NCBI GenBank assembly: GCA_965248445.1 | Contig: CBDFJG010000002.1 | Location: forward strand, 384,001 to 448,000 | DNA: 64,000 nt | DNA from: Planctomycetota bacterium | GTDB taxonomy: Bacteria > Planctomycetota > JAJSAM01 > JAJVHW01 | Direction: 5' to 3' | The notes under the pieces: generated by a model | Told to the model about the DNA's origin: nothing | Seen by the model: the letters and a program-made list of their open reading frames with translations, nothing else | Database searches by the model: none | Translations under genes and position numbers: made by a program | Part shown: one piece after another, positions 1 through 8,815 of the stretch | Position numbering within the stretch: position 1 is the stretch's first letter | How the letters are laid out: every line of letters starts with the position of its first letter

Positions 1-264
1 ACGAGCAACTCGAGCTTCCTGGCGAACCAGTTCCGCGTGCTGATGACCGCGGCGGCCTACGTACTCTTCCAGGAGTTACGCTACCAGTTGCGCGGCACCA
101 CGGCCGCAGTCTGGCAGGTGCACACGATCCGCGAACGGCTGCTCAAGATCGGCGCCCGCGTCGTGGAATCGGTGCGCCGCGTCGTCGTGCATCTCGCGGC
201 GGCCTGCCCATGGCGCGAGCTGTGGTGCCGCGTCGCGCGAAGGCTCGGCGCTGCGCCGGTCTGA
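1..264 (+). CDS. IS1380-family transposase, C-terminal part (runs in from window edge)
   Basis: Frame 1 open from base 1: SFLANQFRVLMTAAAYVLFQELR...IRERLLKIGARVVESVRRVVVHL, typical IS1380 DDE C-terminus. Confidence 0.85.
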   Translation, partial: TSNSSFLANQFRVLMTAAAYVLFQELRYQLRGTTAAVWQVHTIRERLLKIGARVVESVRRVVVHLAAACPWRELWCRVARRLGAAPV

Positions 265-476
265 GCGCAGCCGATGGCCAGAAGAACGACACGCTTCCGG
301 CTACCGGTCCGTCCAGACCTCGTCCGCGCGGCGGCAAATGGACTTGAACGCCCCCTCGGAACGAAGATCCCGCCGTCCGAGACCCCGCCGACCTCGGTGA
401 ACGCCGCAAGTCGAGCGCCCGGGCGCTCGGACCGGCCGAGGGACGCCATCGCGAGCGTCGTCATGAATAGTGCGGG
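1..476 (+). mobile_element. IS1380-family element, right end
   Basis: Transposase followed by ATGAATAGTGCGGG (463-476), resembling IS1380-type terminal IRs, then CTAG (477-480) as possible target site; left end is outside the window. Confidence 0.6.
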
Positions 477-574
477 CTAGACACACCAAGTCAACCTGAT
501 GGGGGAGGAGCCCGTGTGCGCGCCGCGCCGCGGGCTCTTCCGATTCCGACGCTCCGTCGCGCAGAATGCACGCG

Positions 575-1054
575 ATGCAGACCATCCTCGTTGCCGTGGA
601 CCTGTCCGAGTTCATGGAGAGCGTCGTGGACGCCGCCGCGGCGATCGCGGCCGGCTCCGGTGGCGTGCTGCATTTGCTCCACGTGATCCGCCCGCCGGCC
701 GGCTTCCACGACGTGCCACACAGCACTGACCTGGTGCGTGAGCAGGTAGAGCGGGACGAGGCGGCGTGCCTCGATCGATTGGCGGCGGAGGCGGCCCGCG
801 CAGGCGAGGCCGGGGTCCGCGTCGCCTCGACGACCGTCGTGCACGGCGAGCCCGCGGCGCAGATCCTCCAGCGGGGGCGCGAGCTGTCGGCGGATCTGAT
901 CGTGGTGGGGGCCGACGCGAAGGGTGTGCTGGAACGCACCCTGCTCGGGAGCACCAGTTCCGAGGTGCTGCGCGACGCCGGGCGGCCGGTGCTGATTGTC
1001 CCGACGCTCCGCGAAGCCGACGACGTCGACGCCGACGAGGGAGCTGCGCAGTGA
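575..1054 (+). CDS. Universal stress protein (UspA family)
   Basis: TILVAVDLS...LHLLHV...ADLIVVGA...LLGSTSSEVLRDAGRPVLIVP motifs; start 566 or 575. Confidence 0.9.
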   Translation: MQTILVAVDLSEFMESVVDAAAAIAAGSGGVLHLLHVIRPPAGFHDVPHSTDLVREQVERDEAACLDRLAAEAARAGEAGVRVASTTVVHGEPAAQILQRGRELSADLIVVGADAKGVLERTLLGSTSSEVLRDAGRPVLIVPTLREADDVDADEGAAQ

Positions 1055-2028
1055 GTCGCAAGCACCGCCGCATGCGGGAGCGCCAGATGCAGAGGCGCGG
1101 CGATACGAGGACTGCGCCCGGCGCCACGTCCGGGCCGCCGCGGTTCCTGCAGGAGCGCGCGCAGCGTTGGGCGCTCTGGGCGCGCAAGTCCCGTGGAGTC
1201 CCGTCGTCCGAGGACGTGCGCACGATGGTCGAGGCGGGCGAGCTCGCGGAGTTCGGACAGGACATGGTCGAGGCCGCCCAGGAGCTGGCGTTCGAGGCGC
1301 TCGAGACGGCGGACCCGGAGGCGGCCCACCAGCTCGCGCTGCGCGCGCTGCAGCACGACCCGCGCTGCGCCGACGCCCGCCGCGTGGTCGCCGAGCGCGA
1401 AGCACGCAGCGAGATCGATCGCGCGGGTTGGCTAAAGCGCACGCTGGACGACGAGTCGGAGCGACTGGGCGAGATACTGCTCGAGGAGTTCGGCGGCCGG
1501 TTGTCCGAGGCGGTGGAGGCGCGGCCGTACCTGCGGGTCCGGCTCGACCTCGCGTGCGCGTTGTGGACCGTGGGCCGGTACAAGCGCGCGCGAAAGCACC
1601 TCCGCACGATCCTGGACGACGACGCGGCGGACTTCCTCGGGGTGAAGTACCCGCTGGCGATGGCCGAGCTCTCTCTCGGCGAGCGCGAGCAGGCACGGGA
1701 GCTGCTGCACCGCGAGAACGAGGACGGCGCAGAGCTGCTGATCCACTGGTCGCGCATCCTCATCCGCGTGCTGGCCGGCGAGTTCGACGAGGCGGACGCG
1801 ATGTTCGCGCGGATCGTGAAGTCGCACGAGGCGGACGCCACGTCACTGGCGACGCCGCCGCCGCGGGACTTCCCGCACGTCCCGTACTACCGCGACGAGC
1901 TGGTGGAGTACGCGACGCTCTGCCTGCGCATGCTCCACCACGCGTGGCACGCCCACGAGTCGTCGGTGGCGTGGCTCGCGCGACACGCGGCGGCGGAAGC
2001 GGCCGGCGCCGAGTCCGCCGCGACGTAG
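1051..2028 (+). CDS. TPR-like helical repeat hypothetical protein
   Basis: GTG overlaps the Usp stop (GTGA); helical repeats ALQHDPRCADA, RPYLRVRLDLACALWTVG. Confidence 0.65.
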   Translation: MSRKHRRMRERQMQRRGDTRTAPGATSGPPRFLQERAQRWALWARKSRGVPSSEDVRTMVEAGELAEFGQDMVEAAQELAFEALETADPEAAHQLALRALQHDPRCADARRVVAEREARSEIDRAGWLKRTLDDESERLGEILLEEFGGRLSEAVEARPYLRVRLDLACALWTVGRYKRARKHLRTILDDDAADFLGVKYPLAMAELSLGEREQARELLHRENEDGAELLIHWSRILIRVLAGEFDEADAMFARIVKSHEADATSLATPPPRDFPHVPYYRDELVEYATLCLRMLHHAWHAHESSVAWLARHAAAEAAGAESAAT

Positions 2029-2036
2029 GCCGGTGC

Positions 2037-2061
2037 GGGCGGGGCAGCGCCCCGCCGCTAC
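2037..2061 (-). repeat. GTAG-type REP element
   Basis: Minus strand GTAG-CGGCGGGG-CGCTG-CCCCGCCC; between convergent genes; matches copies at 4971, 60523 and 62173. Confidence 0.7.
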
Positions 2062-2122
2062 AGCGGTTACCCAGCCTCGTCGCGTGAATCGCGAGGGCGC
2101 GACGCTTGCCACGCACGCGCCG

Positions 2123-3025
2123 TCACGCGTGGTCGTCTAGCTCGGAGAAGAGGAAGCCGAGTTCTTCCACCTGTGCGCGCACCGCGGCCTCGGCAGCGTT
2201 TACGCGGTCGATGGTCTCCTGCGCGCTGACGTCGAGGTCGTTCGGCTTCACCTTGCACGCGACGAGGATCTGGCCGGGTCCGGACCACACCGCGATCATC
2301 CGCGGGACTTCGAAGCCGTGGGCGTGCCAGATCCCCCGCACTTCCTCGGCAAGTTCCGGGCTCGCTGCGGAGCCCGCAATCAAGCGGCGCACCTGCGCAC
2401 CGAGGAACAGCGCGACGGTGAGGAGCAGCACGGCGAGGACGAGCGTCCCGATCGCGTCGCAGAGCGGGTTCTCCGTCCACATCGTGAGCAGCACGGCGAG
2501 CAGCGCGATGATCAGGCCGGCCATCGCCGCGAGATCCTCGAACGTGACGACCAGGAGGTTGACGTCGCCGGTGCGTCGCGCCCACGGGAGCAGTCCCATC
2601 GTGCCGCGGACACGCTTGCACTCCCTCCACGCGACCCAGAGGCTGCCGCCTTCGAGCACGACGCCGAGGAGCAGGACACTGATCGCCCAGCCCGGCGACT
2701 GGATCATCTCCGGCTCGTGCAACTTGTGCCATCCCTCGTAGGCGGAGAAGAGGCCGCCGGCGGAGAACAGGAACACCGCGACGAGCAGCGCCCAGAAGTA
2801 GGACTCGCGGCCGTAGCCGAGCGGGTGCCGCTCGTCGGGCTCGCGTTTCGCGCGCGCTCCACCGATCAGGAGGAGGACCTGGTTCCCTGTATCGGCGTAG
2901 CTGTGGATCGCCTCGGCGAGCATGGCGCCCGACTTCGTGATGACCGCCGCGACGGTCTTGGCGATGGCGATCCCCAGATTCGCGAACAGCGCGAACACGA
3001 CGACCTTGGTCGATCCTCCAGCCAT
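2123..3025 (-). CDS. Cation diffusion facilitator (CDF) family transporter
   Basis: ANLGIAIAK, MLAEAIHSYADTGNQ, HPLGYGRESYFW, EDLAA motifs; several TM segments; start MAGGSTKVV. Confidence 0.92.
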   Translation of the reverse strand: MAGGSTKVVVFALFANLGIAIAKTVAAVITKSGAMLAEAIHSYADTGNQVLLLIGGARAKREPDERHPLGYGRESYFWALLVAVFLFSAGGLFSAYEGWHKLHEPEMIQSPGWAISVLLLGVVLEGGSLWVAWRECKRVRGTMGLLPWARRTGDVNLLVVTFEDLAAMAGLIIALLAVLLTMWTENPLCDAIGTLVLAVLLLTVALFLGAQVRRLIAGSAASPELAEEVRGIWHAHGFEVPRMIAVWSGPGQILVACKVKPNDLDVSAQETIDRVNAAEAAVRAQVEELGFLFSELDDHA

Positions 3026-3137
3026 GACTCGCTCCTGCCTCCTCGCCGCACACGTTCTACGCACAGCGGCGAGTCGCGGCGAGTCTCGGCGGAGGGCGGC
3101 CCCTCCCGCGGCCGGCGAGGCATGCCGATGGGGAAGC

Positions 3138-3620
3138 ATGAGCCGACCGTACTCCGGGACAGTAGATCGCGACGCCGTGCGGGAGCGCATGGCCGAGCGG
3201 GAGCGCTCCGACCACTTCCGGTCACTGCCCGAGGACGTGCAGGGAGAGCTGCGGGGCCGGTGGCGGGCCGAGGAGCAGCGCTTCGACGCGCTGTACGCCG
3301 ACCGAAAGCGCTATCGCCTGCGCTCGGTGGGCGAGGGCGCGTTCGTGCTGGTCGCCGGGCGCCTGCTCTTCAGCTCTACGATCGTGGGGCTGATCCTGGC
3401 GGCCGTCATCGGTGCGCTGGTCGGCCTGGTCTGGTTCCAGGCGCGGGCACAGCGGTTCACGTGCATCGCGATCGTATTGCCGGCGTGGCTGCTCCTAGCA
3501 GTCATCTCGCCCACGTACTCGTACGGCCACGCGATGTTCGAGTGCGTGTTCGTGGTCGGCGTCTCGGCCATGATCGGGGCACTTCGCGAGTTCCGACTCG
3601 GCGACTCCTCCGTAATGTGA
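3138..3620 (+). CDS. Hypothetical membrane protein
   Basis: Charged N-terminus then about four hydrophobic segments; 4 bp upstream of next gene. Confidence 0.65.
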   Translation: MSRPYSGTVDRDAVRERMAERERSDHFRSLPEDVQGELRGRWRAEEQRFDALYADRKRYRLRSVGEGAFVLVAGRLLFSSTIVGLILAAVIGALVGLVWFQARAQRFTCIAIVLPAWLLLAVISPTYSYGHAMFECVFVVGVSAMIGALREFRLGDSSVM

Positions 3621-3624
3621 GGGT

Positions 3625-4128
3625 GTGACAGACCCGCACCCCGCGACGCTCCCCGACGACGCGCTGCTCGCAGCGTGCAAGCGGTCCGCCACGCGCTCCA
3701 GCGGACCGGGCGGACAGCACCGCAACCGTGTGAACACGAACGTCGTCCTCGTGCACCAGCCGAGCGGCGTCCGGGCCATGGCGGGCGAGCGCCGCAAGCG
3801 CCTCGACAACGAGCGGGTCGCGCTGCTGCGGCTGCGGCGTGCACTCGCCGCCGCCGTGCGCCGGGCGTGGACGGCGCCGTCGTCCGAGTGGAGCGCGCGC
3901 CTAAAGGGGGGCCGGCTCGTGTTGTCGGCCCGCAGTCCCGATGTGCCGCGCTGCCTGGCCGAGGCGCTCGACGCGCTGGCGGCAGCGGACTTCGACGGCC
4001 GGGTGGCGGCGGAGCGACTCGGCGTCACCCGTACGCAACTCGTCAAGCTGCTGGCTCTGCACCACCCGGCTCTCGAGGTCTGGAACGATGCGCGCCGCGC
4101 GAAGGGGCTGACGCCGTTGCGGAAGTGA
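3625..4128 (+). CDS. Peptide chain release factor-like protein (GGQ domain)
   Basis: SSGPGGQHRN...VVLVHQPSGVRAMAGERR; short RF-1 GGQ domain with C-terminal helix-turn-helix-like tail. Confidence 0.85.
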   Translation: MTDPHPATLPDDALLAACKRSATRSSGPGGQHRNRVNTNVVLVHQPSGVRAMAGERRKRLDNERVALLRLRRALAAAVRRAWTAPSSEWSARLKGGRLVLSARSPDVPRCLAEALDALAAADFDGRVAAERLGVTRTQLVKLLALHHPALEVWNDARRAKGLTPLRK

Positions 4129-4180
4129 CCCGACCGGGAGGTACCCTCTCGGACCGCCGAAGGTCCCCAGGAGAGTCGCG

Positions 4181-4954
4181 GTGCAAGTCGTCTCGTGGAA
4201 TGTGAACTCGATCCGCTCGCGCCTGGAGCGCGTGGTCGAGTGGGTGGACTACAACCAGCCGGATGCGCTGTGCCTTCAGGAGACGAAGGTGACGGACGAC
4301 ATCTTCCCGTTCGACGCGCTCGAGGAGATCGGGTACGGCGCCGAGGTGTACGGCCAGAAGACGTACAACGGCGTTGCGATCCTGACTCAGGAGATCTGCG
4401 AGGACGTGCGTCGCGGCTTCGACGACGGCGAGGACGAGGACCCGCAGGCCCGCATCATCCGCGCCACCGTCGGCGGCGTGCGCGTCGTGAACATCTACGT
4501 ACCGAACGGCAAGGCCGTGGGCGACGAGAAGTACGACTACAAGCTCGGGTGGCTCGACCGCCTGCACGCCATGCTCGTAGATCAGGAGGACCTGGACGGT
4601 CCGCTGGTGCTGCTCGGCGACTTCAACATCGCGCCCGCCGACATCGATGTGCACGACCCGGAGAGGTGGCGGGGCCGCATCCTGTTCAGCGAGGCCGAGC
4701 ACGCCGCGCTCGCTGCGCTGATGGACCTGGGGCTCGTGGACACCTTCCGGCAGCACCATCCGGACGAGGAAGGCGCGTTCTCGTGGTGGGACTACCGCCA
4801 GCTCGCGTTCCAGAAGCGCAAGGGGCTGCGCATCGACCTCGTGCTGGCGACGTCGTCACTCTCCGAGCGGTCGCTCGCGTGCGTTATCGACAAGGATGCG
4901 CGCCGCGGGAAGGGCGCTTCGGATCACGCACCGGTCGTCGCCGACTTCAATTGA
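4181..4954 (+). CDS. xth: Exodeoxyribonuclease III
   Basis: SWNVNSIR, LCLQETK, YNGVAIL, YVPNG, GDFNIAP, FSWWDYR, GLRIDL, SDHAPV. Confidence 0.96.
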   Translation: MQVVSWNVNSIRSRLERVVEWVDYNQPDALCLQETKVTDDIFPFDALEEIGYGAEVYGQKTYNGVAILTQEICEDVRRGFDDGEDEDPQARIIRATVGGVRVVNIYVPNGKAVGDEKYDYKLGWLDRLHAMLVDQEDLDGPLVLLGDFNIAPADIDVHDPERWRGRILFSEAEHAALAALMDLGLVDTFRQHHPDEEGAFSWWDYRQLAFQKRKGLRIDLVLATSSLSERSLACVIDKDARRGKGASDHAPVVADFN

Positions 4955-4970
4955 GTCCCGGCGCTTCGCC

Positions 4971-4996
4971 GTAGGGGCGGGCCGCCGCGCCCGCCC
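4971..4996 (+). repeat. GTAG-type REP element
   Basis: GTAG-GGGCGGG-CCGCCGCG-CCCGCCC downstream of xth, between convergent genes. Confidence 0.7.
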
Positions 4997-5090
4997 GCGC
5001 CACCGGGTGGGCGTCAGAATCCAAGTGGGGTGCTAGCGAACCGCTCATTCGCCGCACGCCGGGAGGAACGTAGCAGGACCGAAGTCCGCG

Positions 5091-5753
5091 CTACGACGCC
5101 CCTGCCGCGGCCGATCTGGCCAGACGGCGAAGGCGTTGTCGCGTCCACACTCCGAGTGCGACCACCGAGAGTCCGAGCATCGCCCACGTGGTCGGCTGGG
5201 GCAGCGAGTACGGGACGCCGCCGTCCGCGCGGTGATCGATCGCGCCCGTGATCCGGTCGCCGGTCGAGTAGACGGAGGTGCCGTCGCCGGGTGAGTTGAA
5301 CGTGACGCGGTTCATCCAGAAGTTCACGAGCCGGTCGCCGCCGTAACCGGAGCTCCTGTCCGCGATCTGCGGCGTGCTTCCGCGGACGGCGGCGAGGGAA
5401 GCGCCGCTGACACCCTGGATGAACAACTCGTCGTAGTGGAACGGGCCGTACGAGGTCGCCTCCGCGAAGATGTCCGCGTTGAAGTCGGACTGCGCCACAA
5501 TCCGGTCGGCGCCGCTGCTGTGGAACTTCCACAGGTTCGGGGTCAGCGACTGCGACGAGCCCGTCCCGCCGAACCGGCTCCTGACCCGGCCGCCGTGGAA
5601 GTTCGCCGTCCAATCGCCCCTGAGGCCGCCGTTCCTCGCGCTGACGGAACTGTCCCGGATGGTGGCCGTGACCGTGCCGGCCCGCGCTGCGGGTGTGGGC
5701 AGGGCCAGCAGCGTCGCGGCTGCGACGAGCACCGGGAGGAGGTAATTGCGCAT
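5091..5753 (-). CDS. Secreted protein with PEP-CTERM-like (PQP variant) sorting tail
   Basis: Signal peptide MRNYLLPVLVAAATLLALPTPAARA; C-terminal LPQPTTWAMLGLSVVALGVW plus basic RQRLRR. Confidence 0.75.
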   Translation of the reverse strand: MRNYLLPVLVAAATLLALPTPAARAGTVTATIRDSSVSARNGGLRGDWTANFHGGRVRSRFGGTGSSQSLTPNLWKFHSSGADRIVAQSDFNADIFAEATSYGPFHYDELFIQGVSGASLAAVRGSTPQIADRSSGYGGDRLVNFWMNRVTFNSPGDGTSVYSTGDRITGAIDHRADGGVPYSLPQPTTWAMLGLSVVALGVWTRQRLRRLARSAAAGAS

Positions 5754-5920
5754 GCGGCGGCCTGGCAGGCTGCGAAGCCCATGCCGGGAGCCCAGCGCCG
5801 CGATCGGCCTGCGGCCAGGCTCCAACAGGTCTCGGTGTGTGCGCCGGGCGATGTGCCGGCGCGTCGCGCCCGCACAGAATGTCGATTTCGGTCGACGCCG
5901 GGACCGGAGAGACTGACCGC

Positions 5921-7105
5921 ATGACCGATCCGCTGCTCCGCTTTCGCTCCCGCTACCCCATCCTCGAGCGCACCAATTACCTCATCTCGAACTCGCTCGG
6001 GGCCATGCCCGCGGCCACCCGCGACCGGCTCGTGGAGTACGCGGATACCTGGGCAACGCGCGGGGTGCGCGCGTGGGGCGAGGGTTGGTGGGAGATGTCG
6101 ATCGCGGTGGGGGACCTGCTCGCGCCGATCCTCGGCGTCGGTCCAGGCGAGACCTGCTTCCACCAGAACGTGACGCTTGCCTCGGCGGTGTTCCTGTCGT
6201 CGATCGACTTCCGCGGCCCACGCAACAAGCTCGTGATGGTGGACCTCGAGTTCCCGTCTCTGCAGTACCTCTACCACCAGCACCCGGACGCCGAGATCGT
6301 CACGATCAAGACGCACGACGGCATGACGATCGACGAAGACGAGTTGATCGCCGCGATCGACGAGCGCACGGCACTGGTCGCCGTCTCCCACGTGTTGTTC
6401 CGCAGCGCGTACGTGCTCGACGCGCAGCGTCTCGCTGCGCGCACCCGCGAGATGGGCGCGCTCCTTCTTCTCGACGCGTTCCAGTCCGCGGGCACGGTCC
6501 CGCTGCAACTCGCCGAGTGGGGCGTGGACGCCGCCGTCGGCGGGGGTCTCAAGTGGCTCTCCGGCGGGCCGGGCAATTGCTACTTGTGGGTTCGGCCCGA
6601 GCTGACGGATCAGCTCGAGCCGCGTATCACCGGGTGGCAGGCGCATCCGCGTCCGTTCAACTTCGAGCCGGGGCCGATCGAGTTCCGGAGCGGCATCGGC
6701 CGCTTCCTGACCGGCACGCCGAACATCCCGGCGCTCTACGCCGCGACCGCCGGACTCGAGGTCGTGAACGAGGCGGGCATGGATGCCATCCGCGCGAAGT
6801 CCGAGCGCCAGACCGCGCGCCTGGTCGAGTTGTTCGACTCGCGCGGGTACGAGGTGACGGCGCCCCGCGACCCCAAGAAGCGCGGCGGCACGGTCGCGGT
6901 GAACGTCCCGCACGGTCTCGAGGTCGCGACGGAACTGAACGCGCGGGACATCTGCGTGGACTACCGGCCGGGCGCCGGCGTCCGCGTGTCGCCGCACTTC
7001 TACACGCGCGACGACGAACTCGACGACGTGGCCGGGGCGATCGACGAGATCCTCGCGACCGGTGCGTGGGAGAAGCACGCGGGCGTGCAGCGGACGGTGA
7101 CATGA
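5921..7105 (+). CDS. kynU: Kynureninase (PLP-dependent, aminotransferase class V)
   Basis: YLISNSLGAMP, W..RGVRAW, LLDAFQSAG, GGGLKWLSGGPG, GTPNIP; overlaps the kynB-like gene. Confidence 0.82.
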   Translation: MTDPLLRFRSRYPILERTNYLISNSLGAMPAATRDRLVEYADTWATRGVRAWGEGWWEMSIAVGDLLAPILGVGPGETCFHQNVTLASAVFLSSIDFRGPRNKLVMVDLEFPSLQYLYHQHPDAEIVTIKTHDGMTIDEDELIAAIDERTALVAVSHVLFRSAYVLDAQRLAARTREMGALLLLDAFQSAGTVPLQLAEWGVDAAVGGGLKWLSGGPGNCYLWVRPELTDQLEPRITGWQAHPRPFNFEPGPIEFRSGIGRFLTGTPNIPALYAATAGLEVVNEAGMDAIRAKSERQTARLVELFDSRGYEVTAPRDPKKRGGTVAVNVPHGLEVATELNARDICVDYRPGAGVRVSPHFYTRDDELDDVAGAIDEILATGAWEKHAGVQRTVT

Positions 7106-7725
7106 GCCTGATCGACATCTCGCAGCGCGTCACGCAGACGACGGCGGTCTTCCCGGGGGACACGGAGTTCTCGCTGCGCAAGGTGATGAGCATGGAGGGC
7201 GGCGGCTCCTGCGACGTGGGCACGATCACGACGACGCTGCACATCGGGACGCATGCTGATGCGCCGTCGCACTTCGCGGCGGACGCGCCCGGCATCGGCG
7301 AGGTCCCGCTCGAGCGCTACTTCGGCCCCGCGAAGGTAGTCGAGCGAATCGGGGATGGTCCGATCACCGCGGACGAGGTCGCGACGTGGGGGATGATGCG
7401 CGGCATGCGGTACCTCGTGCGCACGCGCACGACGGTCGACCCGGACATCTTCCCGCCGGCGTTCGCCCACCTCGATCCCGCGGCTGCCACCGCACTCGCC
7501 CAGTCGGGCGTCACGCTCTTCGGTATCGACACGCCGTCGGTGGATCACCAGGACAGCAAGACGCTCGACGCGCACAAGGCGCTGCTCGCCGGTGACGTTG
7601 CAATCGTCGAGAACCTCGACCTCACCGCCGCCCGCCCCGGCCACTACGAGCTGATCGCGTTCCCGCTCAACCTCCCTGGCGCAGATGCGAGTCCCGTGCG
7701 CGCGGTTCTCCGCACCCTGATGTAG
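7102..7725 (+). CDS. kynB: Kynurenine formamidase (cyclase family)
   Basis: DISQ..VFPGDT, HIGTHADAPSH, GIDTPSVD, IVENLDL, DASPVRAVL; ATGA overlap with kynU. Confidence 0.85.
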   Translation: MSLIDISQRVTQTTAVFPGDTEFSLRKVMSMEGGGSCDVGTITTTLHIGTHADAPSHFAADAPGIGEVPLERYFGPAKVVERIGDGPITADEVATWGMMRGMRYLVRTRTTVDPDIFPPAFAHLDPAAATALAQSGVTLFGIDTPSVDHQDSKTLDAHKALLAGDVAIVENLDLTAARPGHYELIAFPLNLPGADASPVRAVLRTLM

Positions 7726-7771
7726 CCGCGCGTCGAATCCGTTACGCTGCCCGCGCAATGGAGGGGCAGCG

Positions 7772-8326
7772 ATGAGCATCTTCTCGCTCGAACGGGTGTG
7801 GCGCCTGAACGACGGCGAACGGACGTACCGCGTGGCGGCGAAGGTCTGGCAGGAACCGCCGACCACCGCGCTGCTCGTGACCGTGGACGACGTGCCCCAC
7901 GTCGATGGCAAGGCGTGGGTCATGGATCTGTCCGAGATCTGGCAGACGTACGGGATCGAGCTGGGCCCGCGAACGGTCGCACTGCGCGCGTTCAAGAAGG
8001 GCTTCCACGGCCATTGCACCGACTTCGAGCTGATCGCGGACGGACAGGTGCTGCCCGAGAGCGAGCATCGTTTGGTCCAGGCGGCACCGTCGACGCCGCC
8101 GCCCAACGCTGCCGCAGCCCCGGTTGCCGCCGCCACCGCACCGCCCGCCGGTCAGACGACGGTGCGCGAGGTCCCGACGGTCCCCGCGCTGCCGACGACG
8201 TGCCCGCACTGCCGCGCCCCGCTGCTCGCAGCCGAGACGAAGTGGACCGGCCCCCTCGCCGCGGAGTGCCCGTACTGCAAAGCGGGCATCGCTGCCGAGT
8301 GGCGCCGCGTCGCCCCGGACCAGTAG
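7772..8326 (+). CDS. Hypothetical protein with C-terminal zinc ribbon
   Basis: RBS-like GGAGG upstream; CPHC...CPYC after a Pro/Ala linker. Confidence 0.7.
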   Translation: MSIFSLERVWRLNDGERTYRVAAKVWQEPPTTALLVTVDDVPHVDGKAWVMDLSEIWQTYGIELGPRTVALRAFKKGFHGHCTDFELIADGQVLPESEHRLVQAAPSTPPPNAAAAPVAAATAPPAGQTTVREVPTVPALPTTCPHCRAPLLAAETKWTGPLAAECPYCKAGIAAEWRRVAPDQ

Positions 8327-8339
8327 GCGCGCGCGCGGC

Positions 8340-8645
8340 CTAGTCCGGGCGGGCTCCCCCGCACTGCCAGCACGTATCGAACGACTCGGTCTGCTCAAGG
8401 TTGCAGTCCCAGCAGTACCACTTGCGCTGCTTACGGATGCGCTCCTGGATCTCGGCCAGGATCGACAGCGCGCGAGTCGCGTCCGCCTCGCGTACCCAGA
8501 TCTCGGAGCGCTGGTGACCCTGCACGACCGACTCGTCCCAGAGGAGTTCGTCGCCCCGGACAACGGTCGGGATGCCCTCGGACTCGAGAACGCCTTTGAT
8601 CAGTTGTGCCCGAGTCGGGTCGTCAGCGACGTGGATTCGGCGCAC
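8340..8645 (-). CDS. DUF2007-like putative signal-transducing protein with C-terminal zinc finger
   Basis: AQLIKGVLESEGIPTVVRG, EIWVREADA..A, WYCWDC...FDTCWQCG; GTG start inferred. Confidence 0.75.
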   Translation of the reverse strand: MRRIHVADDPTRAQLIKGVLESEGIPTVVRGDELLWDESVVQGHQRSEIWVREADATRALSILAEIQERIRKQRKWYCWDCNLEQTESFDTCWQCGGARPD

Positions 8646-8678
8646 GCCCCAGATCGTACGAGTTTGCCCACGTGATGC

Positions 8679-8698
8679 CGGGGGCAGATCGGAATCGA
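8679..8698 (-). repeat. 20-bp direct copy of the tRNA-Sec 3' end (second att-like remnant)
   Basis: CGGGGGCAGATCGGAATCGA vs CGGGAGCAGATCGGAATCGA (8731-8750), 19/20 identical. Confidence 0.75.
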
Positions 8699-8730
8699 GA
8701 CGCAGTGAGGCGAAGCCGAACGAAGGCCGA

Positions 8731-8796
8731 CGGGAGCAGATCGGAATCGAACCGACCAACCGGGGATCGCCCGGCACACCGGTTTTGAAGTCCAGC
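8731..8796 (-). pseudogene. selC: tRNA-Sec 3' fragment (att-like remnant), not an intact tRNA
   Basis: Minus strand: loop CTTCAAA (TCA anticodon), long variable arm GCCGGG-CGATC-CCCGGT, T arm GTCGG-TTCGATT-CCGAT, 8-nt acceptor strand CTGCTCCC plus discriminator G; no 5' acceptor strand or D arm upstream. Confidence 0.85.
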
Positions 8797-8815
8797 CGGA
8801 ATCGACGTCCGCGGG

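Noticed and set aside
504..541. Hairpin upstream of the Usp gene as a terminator or riboswitch
   Set aside because: GAGGAGCCCG/CGGGCTCTTC stem exists but has no U tract or recognisable aptamer; too weak to call.
6073..7101. 550-aa fusion ORF ending in kynB
   Set aside because: The N-terminal part is an off-frame overlap of kynU; kynB starts at 7102.
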